Source: an uncultured virus (IMG/VR IMGVR_UViG_3300032038_000058)
Lineage: Duplodnaviria > Heunggongvirae > Uroviricota > Caudoviricetes
Virus record (IMG/VR): IMGVR_UViG_3300032038_000058
Reading direction: 5' to 3' (one strand)
Length of the DNA stretch: 20,000 nt
The notes under the pieces were generated by a model. That model was given only the letters and a program-made list of their open reading frames with translations, did no database searches and had not been told where the DNA came from. Of this stretch, positions 7,350-15,674 are shown one piece after another. Position 1 is the stretch's first letter, and the number at the start of each line of letters is the position of its first letter. The translations under genes were made by a program, and so were the position numbers.

Positions 7350-7934
7350 ATGGCAAAGAAGATTAATTATAGGGAGAGTTTTTATTTCCCAGATATCCCA
7401 TACCAGCCTTATCCGATGTACTTAATATCCAATTCGGGTAAGCTAGTTAATTTTAAATCAATAGTATACCCTTCTACAACATCAGTAAAGAAGTATACTA
7501 GGAAGAAGCAATTACGTTTTAGGAGTCAGCAGGCAAAAATATTTGATGCCCTAATAAACGTTGGCTATTTTGATCCCTTAATTGTTTATAGAGAGTTTCC
7601 TATACCTATTCAAAACTGTTATAGGTTAGAAGGACAAAAAAGGTTGTATTATATTTGTGACTATTTCTTTCCTACACTGAACCTAGTAGTAGAGCTGGAT
7701 TCCGATTATCATGATAGTCAGACAAGGGATCCCGATGCGATAAGGGATAGTTATATTAAGTCTGTCCATGGGTTGGATATATTTAGGATAAGAGATTTAC
7801 AGAAAGAGGCAGTTCAGAAGTCAAAGTTTAAGGAATTAGCCAAGTTGATGAGAGATAAGAACCCAATATCCTCTCCGCAACCTTTAATCTTTACGACAGA
7901 CCTGTATAGCTACTTAGATAAAAAGCAACTGTGA
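7350..7934 (+). CDS. DUF559/Vsr-like PD-(D/E)xK endonuclease
   Basis: 194 aa; REFPI...YICDYFFPTLNLVVELDSDYHD...DAIRDSYI...GLDIFRI is the DUF559-type pattern. Confidence 0.7.
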   Translation: MAKKINYRESFYFPDIPYQPYPMYLISNSGKLVNFKSIVYPSTTSVKKYTRKKQLRFRSQQAKIFDALINVGYFDPLIVYREFPIPIQNCYRLEGQKRLYYICDYFFPTLNLVVELDSDYHDSQTRDPDAIRDSYIKSVHGLDIFRIRDLQKEAVQKSKFKELAKLMRDKNPISSPQPLIFTTDLYSYLDKKQL

Positions 7935-7945
7935 GGCTGGGATTA

Positions 7946-7956
7946 CCTTACTTATG
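7946..7956 (+). promoter_or_regulatory. Putative phage promoter CCTTACTTATG
   Basis: Motif copy 26 nt upstream of the ATG at 7982. Confidence 0.65.
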
Positions 7957-7981
7957 AGTTAAATTTAATAATAAGATATAT

Positions 7982-8602
7982 ATGGTTAGAATTGTTTCGG
8001 GAATAGATGGAAATAGTGGAAACTTTTGTGTTACGATAAGTTCTCCTTTAGTTGAAAAATATTATACAAACCTATGTGGGATGATGAAAAATGATAAAAT
8101 GTCACCTTCTGGTCTTACTATTGATAAGGTGGCAAGTGATTCTGTTCTCATTCAGTTTCCCCCAAAAGGAGGCGTAAATCCTATTATTGGTGAACTTGAA
8201 GGTGGAAAAGCAAAAGTAGATGCTTCAGCCGCCGAGCCATTAAATAATGTTCTTGATATAGCTAGGAAATTTGTTATGGGTGCAATAAAACATTGTACTA
8301 AGTCAATTGAATTTATTCCACTTTTTGATTTTACGGGTGACATTAGGAATTATTCTTTTGAAGAAATGAAGACTGATATTATTGAGGCCGTAAAAAATAA
8401 AAGGAATTTATGTATTATTGACAAATTTCAGGCTTACCTAGATAATCAGAAAGATCAGAAGTATGAATTTAATCAGTATCTAATTGATTTTAATTCTAAT
8501 CCTAGTGAATATTCTGATTTTGTATTAATGGTTCAAAATAACAATTTATCTGAATTAAGAAAAATTTATAAAACAAAATTAAAAAGAACATCTTGGTTCT
8601 AA
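7982..8602 (+). CDS. Hypothetical protein
   Basis: 206 aa, flanked by the promoter motif and a terminator. Confidence 0.8.
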   Translation: MVRIVSGIDGNSGNFCVTISSPLVEKYYTNLCGMMKNDKMSPSGLTIDKVASDSVLIQFPPKGGVNPIIGELEGGKAKVDASAAEPLNNVLDIARKFVMGAIKHCTKSIEFIPLFDFTGDIRNYSFEEMKTDIIEAVKNKRNLCIIDKFQAYLDNQKDQKYEFNQYLIDFNSNPSEYSDFVLMVQNNNLSELRKIYKTKLKRTSWF

Positions 8603-8610
8603 AGAGATTA

Positions 8611-8651
8611 AGAGGTATAGTAATGATAATATTATTGTACCTTTCTTTTTT
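8611..8651 (+). terminator. Intrinsic terminator
   Basis: AGGTATAGTAATG-ATAA-TATTATTGTACCT followed by TTCTTTTTT. Confidence 0.7.
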
Positions 8652-8672
8652 CATTTTTAAAATAAATTTAGT

Positions 8673-9254
8673 ATGGAACAAATAAGTAATTCTGTGGCCA
8701 TCATTTCTGGAGGCGAACCTATTCCAGCAGGATTTGAAGATGGCATTAAAATTGCATTAATGGGTTCAAGTGATTTAAATGTTTCGAGTGAGTTAGATTG
8801 GTATAGTAAGTTTGCACAGGGAGTTGCATTAATTACAAATACTGAGCCAGGAAAAGGTATTATTATGTATAGAGGTATGAAGTTTTTATTAATGAGCTGC
8901 AAGTCCTGGAACCCTGCTAACCCTGTAATATCTTATGACAATCCTGAGTTTGTAACAAAAATAAGTATGGACCTTGATTATGCTGATGCTGCTGACTGTA
9001 TTTTCTTTAATTTCCTAAAGAAGAGTACGGCCCAAATGCCTCTTACTGAGTTTTGTCTAGCATCTCGATCGGGTAAAATGATATGCAGGTGTCCAAATGA
9101 TTATGTAAATTATGGGGTTGTAAGATGCATCTGTGAAAGATATAATATACCTCTTCTTCCTGGTGCAGCTACTAGCGTATTGAGTGTTTTGCAGACAATG
9201 TGGGCTTTCATTCCTAAATTTCAAGAACTACAGAGATTTAGACTACCAGAGTAA
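8673..9254 (+). CDS. Nucleoside 2-deoxyribosyltransferase-like protein (Nuc_deoxyri_tr2 type)
   Basis: 193 aa; KIALMGS..DW..., NP, ADCIFFNF...PLTEFCLASRSGK.ICRCP..Y..YG.V..ICERYNIP fits the NDT-like family pattern. Confidence 0.65.
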   Translation: MEQISNSVAIISGGEPIPAGFEDGIKIALMGSSDLNVSSELDWYSKFAQGVALITNTEPGKGIIMYRGMKFLLMSCKSWNPANPVISYDNPEFVTKISMDLDYADAADCIFFNFLKKSTAQMPLTEFCLASRSGKMICRCPNDYVNYGVVRCICERYNIPLLPGAATSVLSVLQTMWAFIPKFQELQRFRLPE

Positions 9255-10480
9255 TGAGAAGCCTTGTAATTTTGAAGGGCTTAGTAAAAAGAAATAAAAT
9301 TGATTGGGTAAAAAGAGAAGGATTATTTAATTTCTTACTTGATATAGATTCAGTAAAGAGATTATATTACCGACCAGATTATAGAGGTGGTAAAGATTTT
9401 TTAACAAGATCTTATGATGACAATGTGTACAGAGTATTTATCCAGGCATTATGTTCTCGCTTATCTACTGGTACATTAATTGTTGTAGATATGGACAATG
9501 AATCAGTATCGACCGTAGAAGAACTGGCAATGATATATGGGTATAAGGTGTTTTACCATGTCGAACCTACTCCATTTGATTATGTTAAGAAAAATAAAAA
9601 ATACTGTACTTATCAATATGTCCCACAATCAGAGGAAATGCTAAAAAGAGAGGTAAGTGAATTTAATAAACTTTCATTTATAGAAGAGGATTTGATAAAT
9701 TCTTATATAGACCTAGAGAAATATTGGAGATATCAATTACAACCTATAAAAGTTGATAACAAAGATAGTATATTACATGTGTCTGATTTACACTCTCATT
9801 GGGAAGTATTGAAAAGAAATATACCAATCAAAAAATTCCCTTTAATAGTATTCTTAGGCGATTACATAGATGGACCAGAAGAAGGCGGATCAAGAAGATT
9901 AATCAATTTCGTCTTAAAAAATAAAGATAAAGAGTCTTTTGTTTTCTTAGAAGGAAATCATGAACTAAGACTAAGAAAATACCTAGGATATATCTATTTA
10001 AAGGGAAGGGGAAAGAAAATTGTATCGGAAATATTGAGAGCAGAGTTGTCGGAGGATTTTCTGCAAAAGACATCTCATGAATTTTCCGACATAAAAATGA
10101 TAGATGCTAAAGAAATTTTACTGGAATTAAATGAAACGTTAAGAGAGTTTATTATGTATGAAAGAGATAATATTACATTTATTTGTACTCATGCAGGTTT
10201 GAAGTGGAAAGAACAACTAAGCCCTAAATATATCGGAAATGTAATATACTCTACTAGAAATACTGAGAGAGTTGACGAAGCATTCTCGACTAGGTACAGC
10301 AAATGTGATTTATGGTCAATTCATGGTCACTGTAAATATAATAATATAAATTTTACAAAATTTCCTCGTGTAGTTAATATAGATACTGAAGATGAAAATA
10401 AGGTTAATTATTATATTAATAGACCAGGAACTAGATCAGAGTTTTACATCTTAAATGACAAGAAACATGGCAAGAAATGA
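9254..10480 (+). CDS. Pnkp-like fusion: degenerate P-loop kinase domain plus calcineurin-like metallophosphoesterase
   Basis: 408 aa. C-terminal half has HVSDLHSH, LGDYIDGP, LEGNHE, THAG, IHGH. N-terminus LVILKGLVKRNK...LIVVD is kinase-like but lacks a canonical GxxGxGK[ST]. Confidence 0.75.
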   Translation: MRSLVILKGLVKRNKIDWVKREGLFNFLLDIDSVKRLYYRPDYRGGKDFLTRSYDDNVYRVFIQALCSRLSTGTLIVVDMDNESVSTVEELAMIYGYKVFYHVEPTPFDYVKKNKKYCTYQYVPQSEEMLKREVSEFNKLSFIEEDLINSYIDLEKYWRYQLQPIKVDNKDSILHVSDLHSHWEVLKRNIPIKKFPLIVFLGDYIDGPEEGGSRRLINFVLKNKDKESFVFLEGNHELRLRKYLGYIYLKGRGKKIVSEILRAELSEDFLQKTSHEFSDIKMIDAKEILLELNETLREFIMYERDNITFICTHAGLKWKEQLSPKYIGNVIYSTRNTERVDEAFSTRYSKCDLWSIHGHCKYNNINFTKFPRVVNIDTEDENKVNYYINRPGTRSEFYILNDKKHGKK

Positions 10481-10820
10481 ATATGAAGCTGTTTTAAAGA
10501 AATTGACAGCATTAACCGAAGAACATGGATTGGAACTTGGTATTTTAAATTTCCTAAACAAGCTTCTGGAACTAAAACATACGAAACCAAATTTTAGGTT
10601 CACTCCATCGGTGCTAGACAGAGAAATTTTTAGTAACTGTGTATACCTAGAATTAGATGAATTTGATGAGTATAGTAGAGGAGTATTAAAAGAGTATTGT
10701 TCCCTCTACCCAAATTCGATACTTGAAAATCTTTGTGGTGTTTTACCAGAGGCATATTATAATATAACTGGGAAAGATAACCTAGAAAGTTTTATTAAAA
10801 AGATATATGATACCCTTTAA
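10455..10820 (+). CDS. Hypothetical protein (start may be the ATG at 10467)
   Basis: 121 aa ORF overlapping the upstream stop. Confidence 0.7.
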   Translation: MTRNMARNEYEAVLKKLTALTEEHGLELGILNFLNKLLELKHTKPNFRFTPSVLDREIFSNCVYLELDEFDEYSRGVLKEYCSLYPNSILENLCGVLPEAYYNITGKDNLESFIKKIYDTL

Positions 10821-10821
10821 A

Positions 10822-10832
10822 CCTTAATTATG
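10822..10832 (+). promoter_or_regulatory. Putative phage promoter CCTTAATTATG
   Basis: Motif copy in a 35-nt gap, 24 nt upstream of the ATG at 10856. Confidence 0.65.
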
Positions 10833-10855
10833 ACATTAAACTATTTTGAGGATAA

Positions 10856-11152
10856 ATGAACATTGAAGAAAAAATTAGATATGCAGTAGCGAAGATTAGA
10901 AATATTATATACTACCGTCTTGAAGTAGAAGAGAGTATGCTAGACGATAGATATAGATGTCAATACATGCATGTACTAAGAAATTATCGGAAATCACTTT
11001 TAGGTTTAATAGAAGAATTAGACAATACCGACACTAGGAAATCGTTTTTTAAAGGAATAATAGATATAATTAATCCTAAGGTAAAAACGGATGAATGTAA
11101 AGAAACTATAGAGGCATTAAAAGATTATTACGATACATATGTCAAGCAGTAA
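10856..11152 (+). CDS. Hypothetical protein
   Basis: 98 aa; overlaps the next ORF. Confidence 0.7.
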   Translation: MNIEEKIRYAVAKIRNIIYYRLEVEESMLDDRYRCQYMHVLRNYRKSLLGLIEELDNTDTRKSFFKGIIDIINPKVKTDECKETIEALKDYYDTYVKQ

Positions 11153-11543
11153 GAGAAAAAAAGAAAGAAGGCAACAGAGATATGAGAGAAATGTACAAAA
11201 GGAAGTAACTCATAAGAAAGAAGCCTGGGAAAGAGGAAAACTTATTGAAGAGAATCATAATCAAGGACCTTATTCTGCAGAGTATACTATAGCGGTTTCA
11301 GAGAGACTATATAAATATATTCTACAAGAGAGGGATAGAGCTTTGAATTCAGAAACCCCAGATGTAGATTTTATAAAGGGATTTAGAAAATATAAGATGA
11401 AGATACAAGATATGATATTACATTGGAATCCTGAAGTCCCTAAAACTAGACAATACGAATCCTTAAAGAAATTATTGGAAGTTTATTGGGACGATGTAGT
11501 AGCTAATCTGAATTTCACCTCATTAATTAAAGTTGAATTATGA
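11139..11543 (+). CDS. Hypothetical protein with basic N-terminus
   Basis: 134 aa; ATGA-coupled to the next ORF. Confidence 0.75.
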   Translation: MSSSKRKKERRQQRYERNVQKEVTHKKEAWERGKLIEENHNQGPYSAEYTIAVSERLYKYILQERDRALNSETPDVDFIKGFRKYKMKIQDMILHWNPEVPKTRQYESLKKLLEVYWDDVVANLNFTSLIKVEL

Positions 11544-11995
11544 TAAATGACAATGTATTAATAAAAACTGAAAGAGCTAGGGGTCATAGGTATGATTGGC
11601 CTGATATAGTTATAGCAATGAAAGAAAGAATGAAGGAGATGAAGTTAGGTTTTCCTGGTATAGGTAACGACCACATGTCCCTAGTAACTTTCGACCAGAT
11701 AAAAGAAGGAGATTTATTTATTTGGGATATTTATTGTGAAAGCTTTTATAGGGGAGACGAAGCACCTATACTATTTAAAAAACTTCCAGATAGTAGATAT
11801 GAAATTGAAGGAATCGGTTATGGAATTGATTCAGAGCGTGATCCAGATAGAATAAATTATAGGTGGAAGGATATTAAAGATAGTGTAGACATTTCCCCGA
11901 GTACATTAGTTTTTCGAGTAGACGTAAGACCTAGTTTGAACGGTGGGCCAGGTTACTATTACTTCTTTAAATCTTATAGAGATCAACGATATTAA
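11540..11995 (+). CDS. Hypothetical protein
   Basis: 151 aa; followed by a terminator. Confidence 0.75.
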   Translation: MINDNVLIKTERARGHRYDWPDIVIAMKERMKEMKLGFPGIGNDHMSLVTFDQIKEGDLFIWDIYCESFYRGDEAPILFKKLPDSRYEIEGIGYGIDSERDPDRINYRWKDIKDSVDISPSTLVFRVDVRPSLNGGPGYYYFFKSYRDQRY

Positions 11996-12006
11996 AAAAT
12001 TAACTG

Positions 12007-12035
12007 AAGAGGATGAAATATTCCTCTTTCTTTTT
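12007..12035 (+). terminator. Intrinsic terminator
   Basis: AAGAGGA...TCCTCTT followed by TCTTTTT. Confidence 0.65.
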
Positions 12036-12056
12036 AACCTTGACTAAACACAAACA

Positions 12057-12422
12057 ATGAAAACAACATTTTTCAGTAGGATTGTTAAGTATTTTAGTAG
12101 TTTTCCTAGTATACTTAGTGAAAATAGTACTAAATTACTAGCACTTCTTATTTCAGCAGTAACTGGTGGGTTCTTAGTAGCAATAGTAATCCCCTTTGTA
12201 TTGATCTGGGATGTGACAACAAATGGATACGTTATGACAGATCTATTAGAATTAGGGGTATTCTTATTGTGCGTAGGTGGATTCATTTTTGGTGCAGGGG
12301 CTAATATTAAAGTTCCTGAGGTAAAAGAATTCTTAGAAAATAGAAAAGATAAGAAACTACAAGACCTCGAGGACAATTGTGACTGTAATCGCGAGAATGA
12401 AGAAAAAGAAGAAGAACGCTAA
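12057..12422 (+). CDS. Two-TM membrane protein, putative holin-like
   Basis: 121 aa. Two hydrophobic helices (LLALLISAVTGGFLVAIVIPFVLIW; LGVFLLCVGGFIFGAGA), short loop, highly charged C-terminal tail. Confidence 0.55.
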   Translation: MKTTFFSRIVKYFSSFPSILSENSTKLLALLISAVTGGFLVAIVIPFVLIWDVTTNGYVMTDLLELGVFLLCVGGFIFGAGANIKVPEVKEFLENRKDKKLQDLEDNCDCNRENEEKEEER

Positions 12423-12454
12423 ATCAAAAAAACACCAGTCTTTTCCTTTAATCT

Positions 12455-12465
12455 TCTTATATAGG
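12455..12465 (+). promoter_or_regulatory. Putative phage promoter TCTTATATAGG
   Basis: Motif variant followed by a GGGAGAG/CTCTCTC leader hairpin, upstream of the kinase-nrdD-HNH-nrdG cluster. Confidence 0.55.
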
Positions 12466-12505
12466 AGGGAGAGACGTTCACTCTCTCGTAATTAAAATTG
12501 AAGAA

Positions 12506-13123
12506 ATGGAAATAAAAATGTATTTTGGTTTAAGTGGTGCGATGAAAGGTGCCACAATTAGATCTGATTTGAAGAAAAATGAAAGTGCTGACGTCATGTA
12601 TTCAGCCATTAAGCCTTGGAAGAGCTACCAATTCGGAATTTTTAATGGCCTAACAGAATATAATGACTTAAATTACAGCATTCTTCACCTAGTACGATTG
12701 AGGGATTTTATGGAAAGAAATCTTCACCCTAATCAAAAAGATCTGCTTATTATTGAGAGGGGTATTACAGATTCACTTTTCTATAGATTCTACAACGATG
12801 AATTTCAACTAGGAACAGGTGGAGAAATTGATGAAAAATTAGTAGAAGAAGCAGTGAAACAAGAAGAACTGCTATTACTTCCTAGTTTTTTAAAAATTAC
12901 AAAAGTACTTCTTATACAAAATGACAAAGATTTCGTAAGAGACGTCGTTTTGAGAGAGAAGTATAGAAATAAAACATTTAAAAATGATCCTGAATTCTAT
13001 TTTGATCAACAGAAAAAGTACATAGGGTTCACTAAGAAGTATAATCAAATAGATCAGGAAATAGTAGTTAACAACGCCGAGGATTATGTTGAAAATGTCC
13101 TTGGTGAAAATTGGGAATCTTAA
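12506..13123 (+). CDS. P-loop deoxynucleoside/dNMP kinase-like protein
   Basis: 205 aa; N-terminal MYFGLSGAMKG (P-loop-like) and LIIERGITDSLFY ((D/E)R motif of dNK/TMPK); adjacent to nrdD. Confidence 0.5.
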   Translation: MEIKMYFGLSGAMKGATIRSDLKKNESADVMYSAIKPWKSYQFGIFNGLTEYNDLNYSILHLVRLRDFMERNLHPNQKDLLIIERGITDSLFYRFYNDEFQLGTGGEIDEKLVEEAVKQEELLLLPSFLKITKVLLIQNDKDFVRDVVLREKYRNKTFKNDPEFYFDQQKKYIGFTKKYNQIDQEIVVNNAEDYVENVLGENWES

Positions 13124-13141
13124 ATTAAGGAATTTTTTGAT

Positions 13142-15228
13142 ATGGAAGATCAACAGATTATTGTCTTAAAAAAGAAGAATCGATTACCAGAGTCTTTTGA
13201 CCCTATAAAGATTCATAAAGCTATTCGTAAAAGTGCTAATAGAATTCTAACATTCCTAAGCGATGCAGAGTGTGAAAAAGTGTCAAATATCGTATTGCAA
13301 AAGATAGGGAAGGATAAAGAAGTAACAGTGAGAAGACTTCATAACATGGTAGAGGTCGCACTTGATGAAGCTGGTTTTCCTAGAGTAGCAGAGTCATATC
13401 GTCAGTATCGAAACTATAAAGAAGATGCTCAGAGGATTATGGAGGCAGTCGATGCTAAGACACTGGAGTTATCTTATAAAGAAGATAGAAGTAATGCAAA
13501 TGCAGATTCTTTGTTAGTATCAACCAAAAGAAGTATTCTGTTTGGAGAACAACAGAAAGAAAGATATAAAAGACTCTATCTTAATCCTGAGGAATTAGAG
13601 GCATATGAAAAAGGATATCTTTATATTCATGATATTAAGGATAGACTGAGTACTTTCAATTGTGATCTTTTTAATCTAGGTCGTGTTCTTAAAGGCGGAT
13701 TCACCCTTGCTAATATTGATTATACAGAGCCAAAATCCCTTGCTGCAGCGATGTCTGTGTCTACTGATTTAATTTCAGCTTATGCAGGCCAACAATATGG
13801 AGGCACGTCTATTCCCCAGATAGATGAAGTTTTTGCTCCTTACGCCGAAAAATCCTATCGCTTTTATCTTAATCAATATAATACTATTGTTACAGAGGCT
13901 GGAGGAACATATGATGAAACTAAAGCAGATTCCTACGCATATGAGAGAGTAAGACGAGAAGCAGAGCAACAGTACCAACATATGGAGCATAGTATGAATA
14001 GTATTGCTTCTAGCCGTGGTGACTATGCATTTATTACTTTTACTTTTGGTCATGGAACAGATAGGTGGAGTAGATTAATTTCTAATGTATTCCTTGATGT
14101 TCGTAGGGGCGGCCAAGGTAAAGAAGGCGGTAAGGTTCCAGTTCTTTTTCCCAAGCTTGTATTTCTATATGATTCAGAGTTACACGGCCCCGGTAAAGAA
14201 TTAGAGAGCCTCTTTGATAATGCTGTTGAAACTGCTAAGCAATGTATGTATCCTGATTTTCTAAGTCTTGATGCAGGATATATCGGTGAGGTATATCATA
14301 AATGGGGGAAAATAATTTCTCCAATGGGTTGTAGAGCGTTCTTAAGTCCAGAGTTTAAGAATTCTGGTTGGATATACCCTCAGGATGAAAATGATGAGTT
14401 TGAGATTTATCGTTGTAATCTTGGAGTTGTATCTTTAAACCTCCCAATGATATATCAAAAATCAAAGAGAGACAAAACAAATTTCTTTGATGAGCTTGAT
14501 TATTATATGGAAATAGGAAGAGGTATTGGAAAGAAGACAGCTGAATACCTCTACAAATTTAAAGCCTCTTGTGACCCGCTATGTTTTATGCAAGGTGGTT
14601 TTGATGGTGGAACATTGGGGGCAGATGATTGTATTGAACCTGTTCTTAAGAAATCAACTATTTCCTTTGGATACGGCGGACTTCATGAATTAACAATGCT
14701 TCATCTTAAGAAAAAGTTATCTGAGGATCAAAGTTTTGCTATTGAAACTATGACCCATATTAACGAAAATATAGAGAAGTATAAAAAAGAAGACCATCTT
14801 ATCTGGGCAATCTATGGCACACCAGGTGAGTCTTGGTTACCTCTGGCATGTAGCCAATTCATTAAAGAATTCGGTAAAATTAAAGGAGTTACTGATAAGG
14901 GCTTCTTCACAAACTCATTTCATGTCTGTGTTGAAGATGATATTACACCAATTGAAAAGATAAATATTGAGTCTAAGTTCTTCCCACTATCAAAGGGTGG
15001 ATGTATTAATCATATCCGTATTCCTTCAATTGCTCCTGAGATGAATAAAGGAATTAAAGATCAAATACGATACGCAATGTCTCTTGGTCTTTATCATTCT
15101 GTTAATCACGCTCAAAATAGGTGTACAGATTGTGGAGCACATTGGGTAGGAGATGATAGCTTGCCTTATGAGGAAAACTACACTTGCCCAGTGTGTGGAT
15201 CACTAAATACTATTGGTATTAGAAGGAT
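13142..15228 (+). CDS. nrdD: Anaerobic ribonucleoside-triphosphate reductase (class III RNR), exon 1
   Basis: N-terminal ATP cone, SNANAD, YIHD..FNC, GQQYGG, FPKLVF, MYPDF, SPMGCR, CNLGVVSLNLP, YGTPGES, TNSFHV, Zn ribbon CTDC...CPVCGS. The glycyl-radical GY motif is missing until exon 2 is joined. Confidence 0.95.
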
Positions 15229-15526
15229 GAATATTCGTCCCCTCTAGAAGTAATTTTAGAGTAAACAGACCGTGAACCTAGAAATCTAGGGTGTCATAGC
15301 AAAAGAAAGAAGCTATGGCTAACAGGGAAAGCTAAGTTTAGAAATAAATATGCTAATCCTGTGCCAAGTCCAGAAATGGAAAGGTGCAACGACTATCCTA
15401 CGACGTTAAGAAATAATTTTAACTGAGGAGTAGATTTAAGGTGAAACTCCTTATATCGAAGTGCGGTCCTTCCTTTTACGGGAAGATGATATAGTCTAGC
15501 ATTTATAGAAATATAAATTATAAGCA
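15229..15526 (+). mobile_element. Group I self-splicing intron (IA2-like), 298 nt, no internal ORF
   Basis: P1 GGAU/GUCC with U15228.G wobble; P2 CTCTAGAA/TTTTAGAG; P3 GACCGT (15268-73)/GCGGTC (15463-68); P4 ACAGGG/TCCTGT; P6a TCCA-GAAA-TGGA; P7 GACTA (15391-95)/TAGTC (15492-96) in CAACGACTATC...GATATAGTCT; P7.1 and P7.2 present; P9 ATTTATA-GAAA-TATAAAT. Removal restores RRMNGYLG. Confidence 0.92.
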
Positions 15527-15620
15527 GAATGGATACCTAGGATTTAGTAAAACTGTACAAGGAAAAACCAAATTCAATGATGGAAAAGAGCAAGAATTTA
15601 AAGTTCGTAAAAATCTTTAA
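15527..15620 (+). CDS. nrdD: nrdD exon 2 carrying the glycyl-radical loop
   Basis: (AT)G AAT GGA TAC CTA GGA... encodes MNGYLGFSKTVQGKTKFNDGKEQEFKVRKNL*. Spliced CDS is 2087+94 = 2181 nt, 726 aa. Confidence 0.9.
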
Positions 15621-15627
15621 TACAATG

Positions 15628-15667
15628 AATATGCCAGGTATTATTATTTAAGTATCTGGTATATTTT
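15628..15667 (+). promoter_or_regulatory. Hairpin between nrdD and the HNH gene (terminator or attenuator)
   Basis: AATATGCCAGGTATT/AGTATCTGGTATATT 15-bp stem ending about 10 nt before the HNH ATG. Confidence 0.5.
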
Positions 15668-15674
15668 ACTAATT

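Noticed and set aside
13142..15228. Intein in NrdD
   Set aside because: The spliced length of 726 aa is normal for an ATP-cone NrdD, and no C...HN-[CST] intein block is visible.
15233..15253. nrdD ending at TAG 15245-15247 (truncated pseudogene, or TAG recoding as in code-15 phages)
   Set aside because: The TAG lies inside the group I intron, and reading through it hits TAA two codons later. No accepted gene is fragmented by TAG or TGA, so the standard code fits. No accepted gene ends in TAG either.
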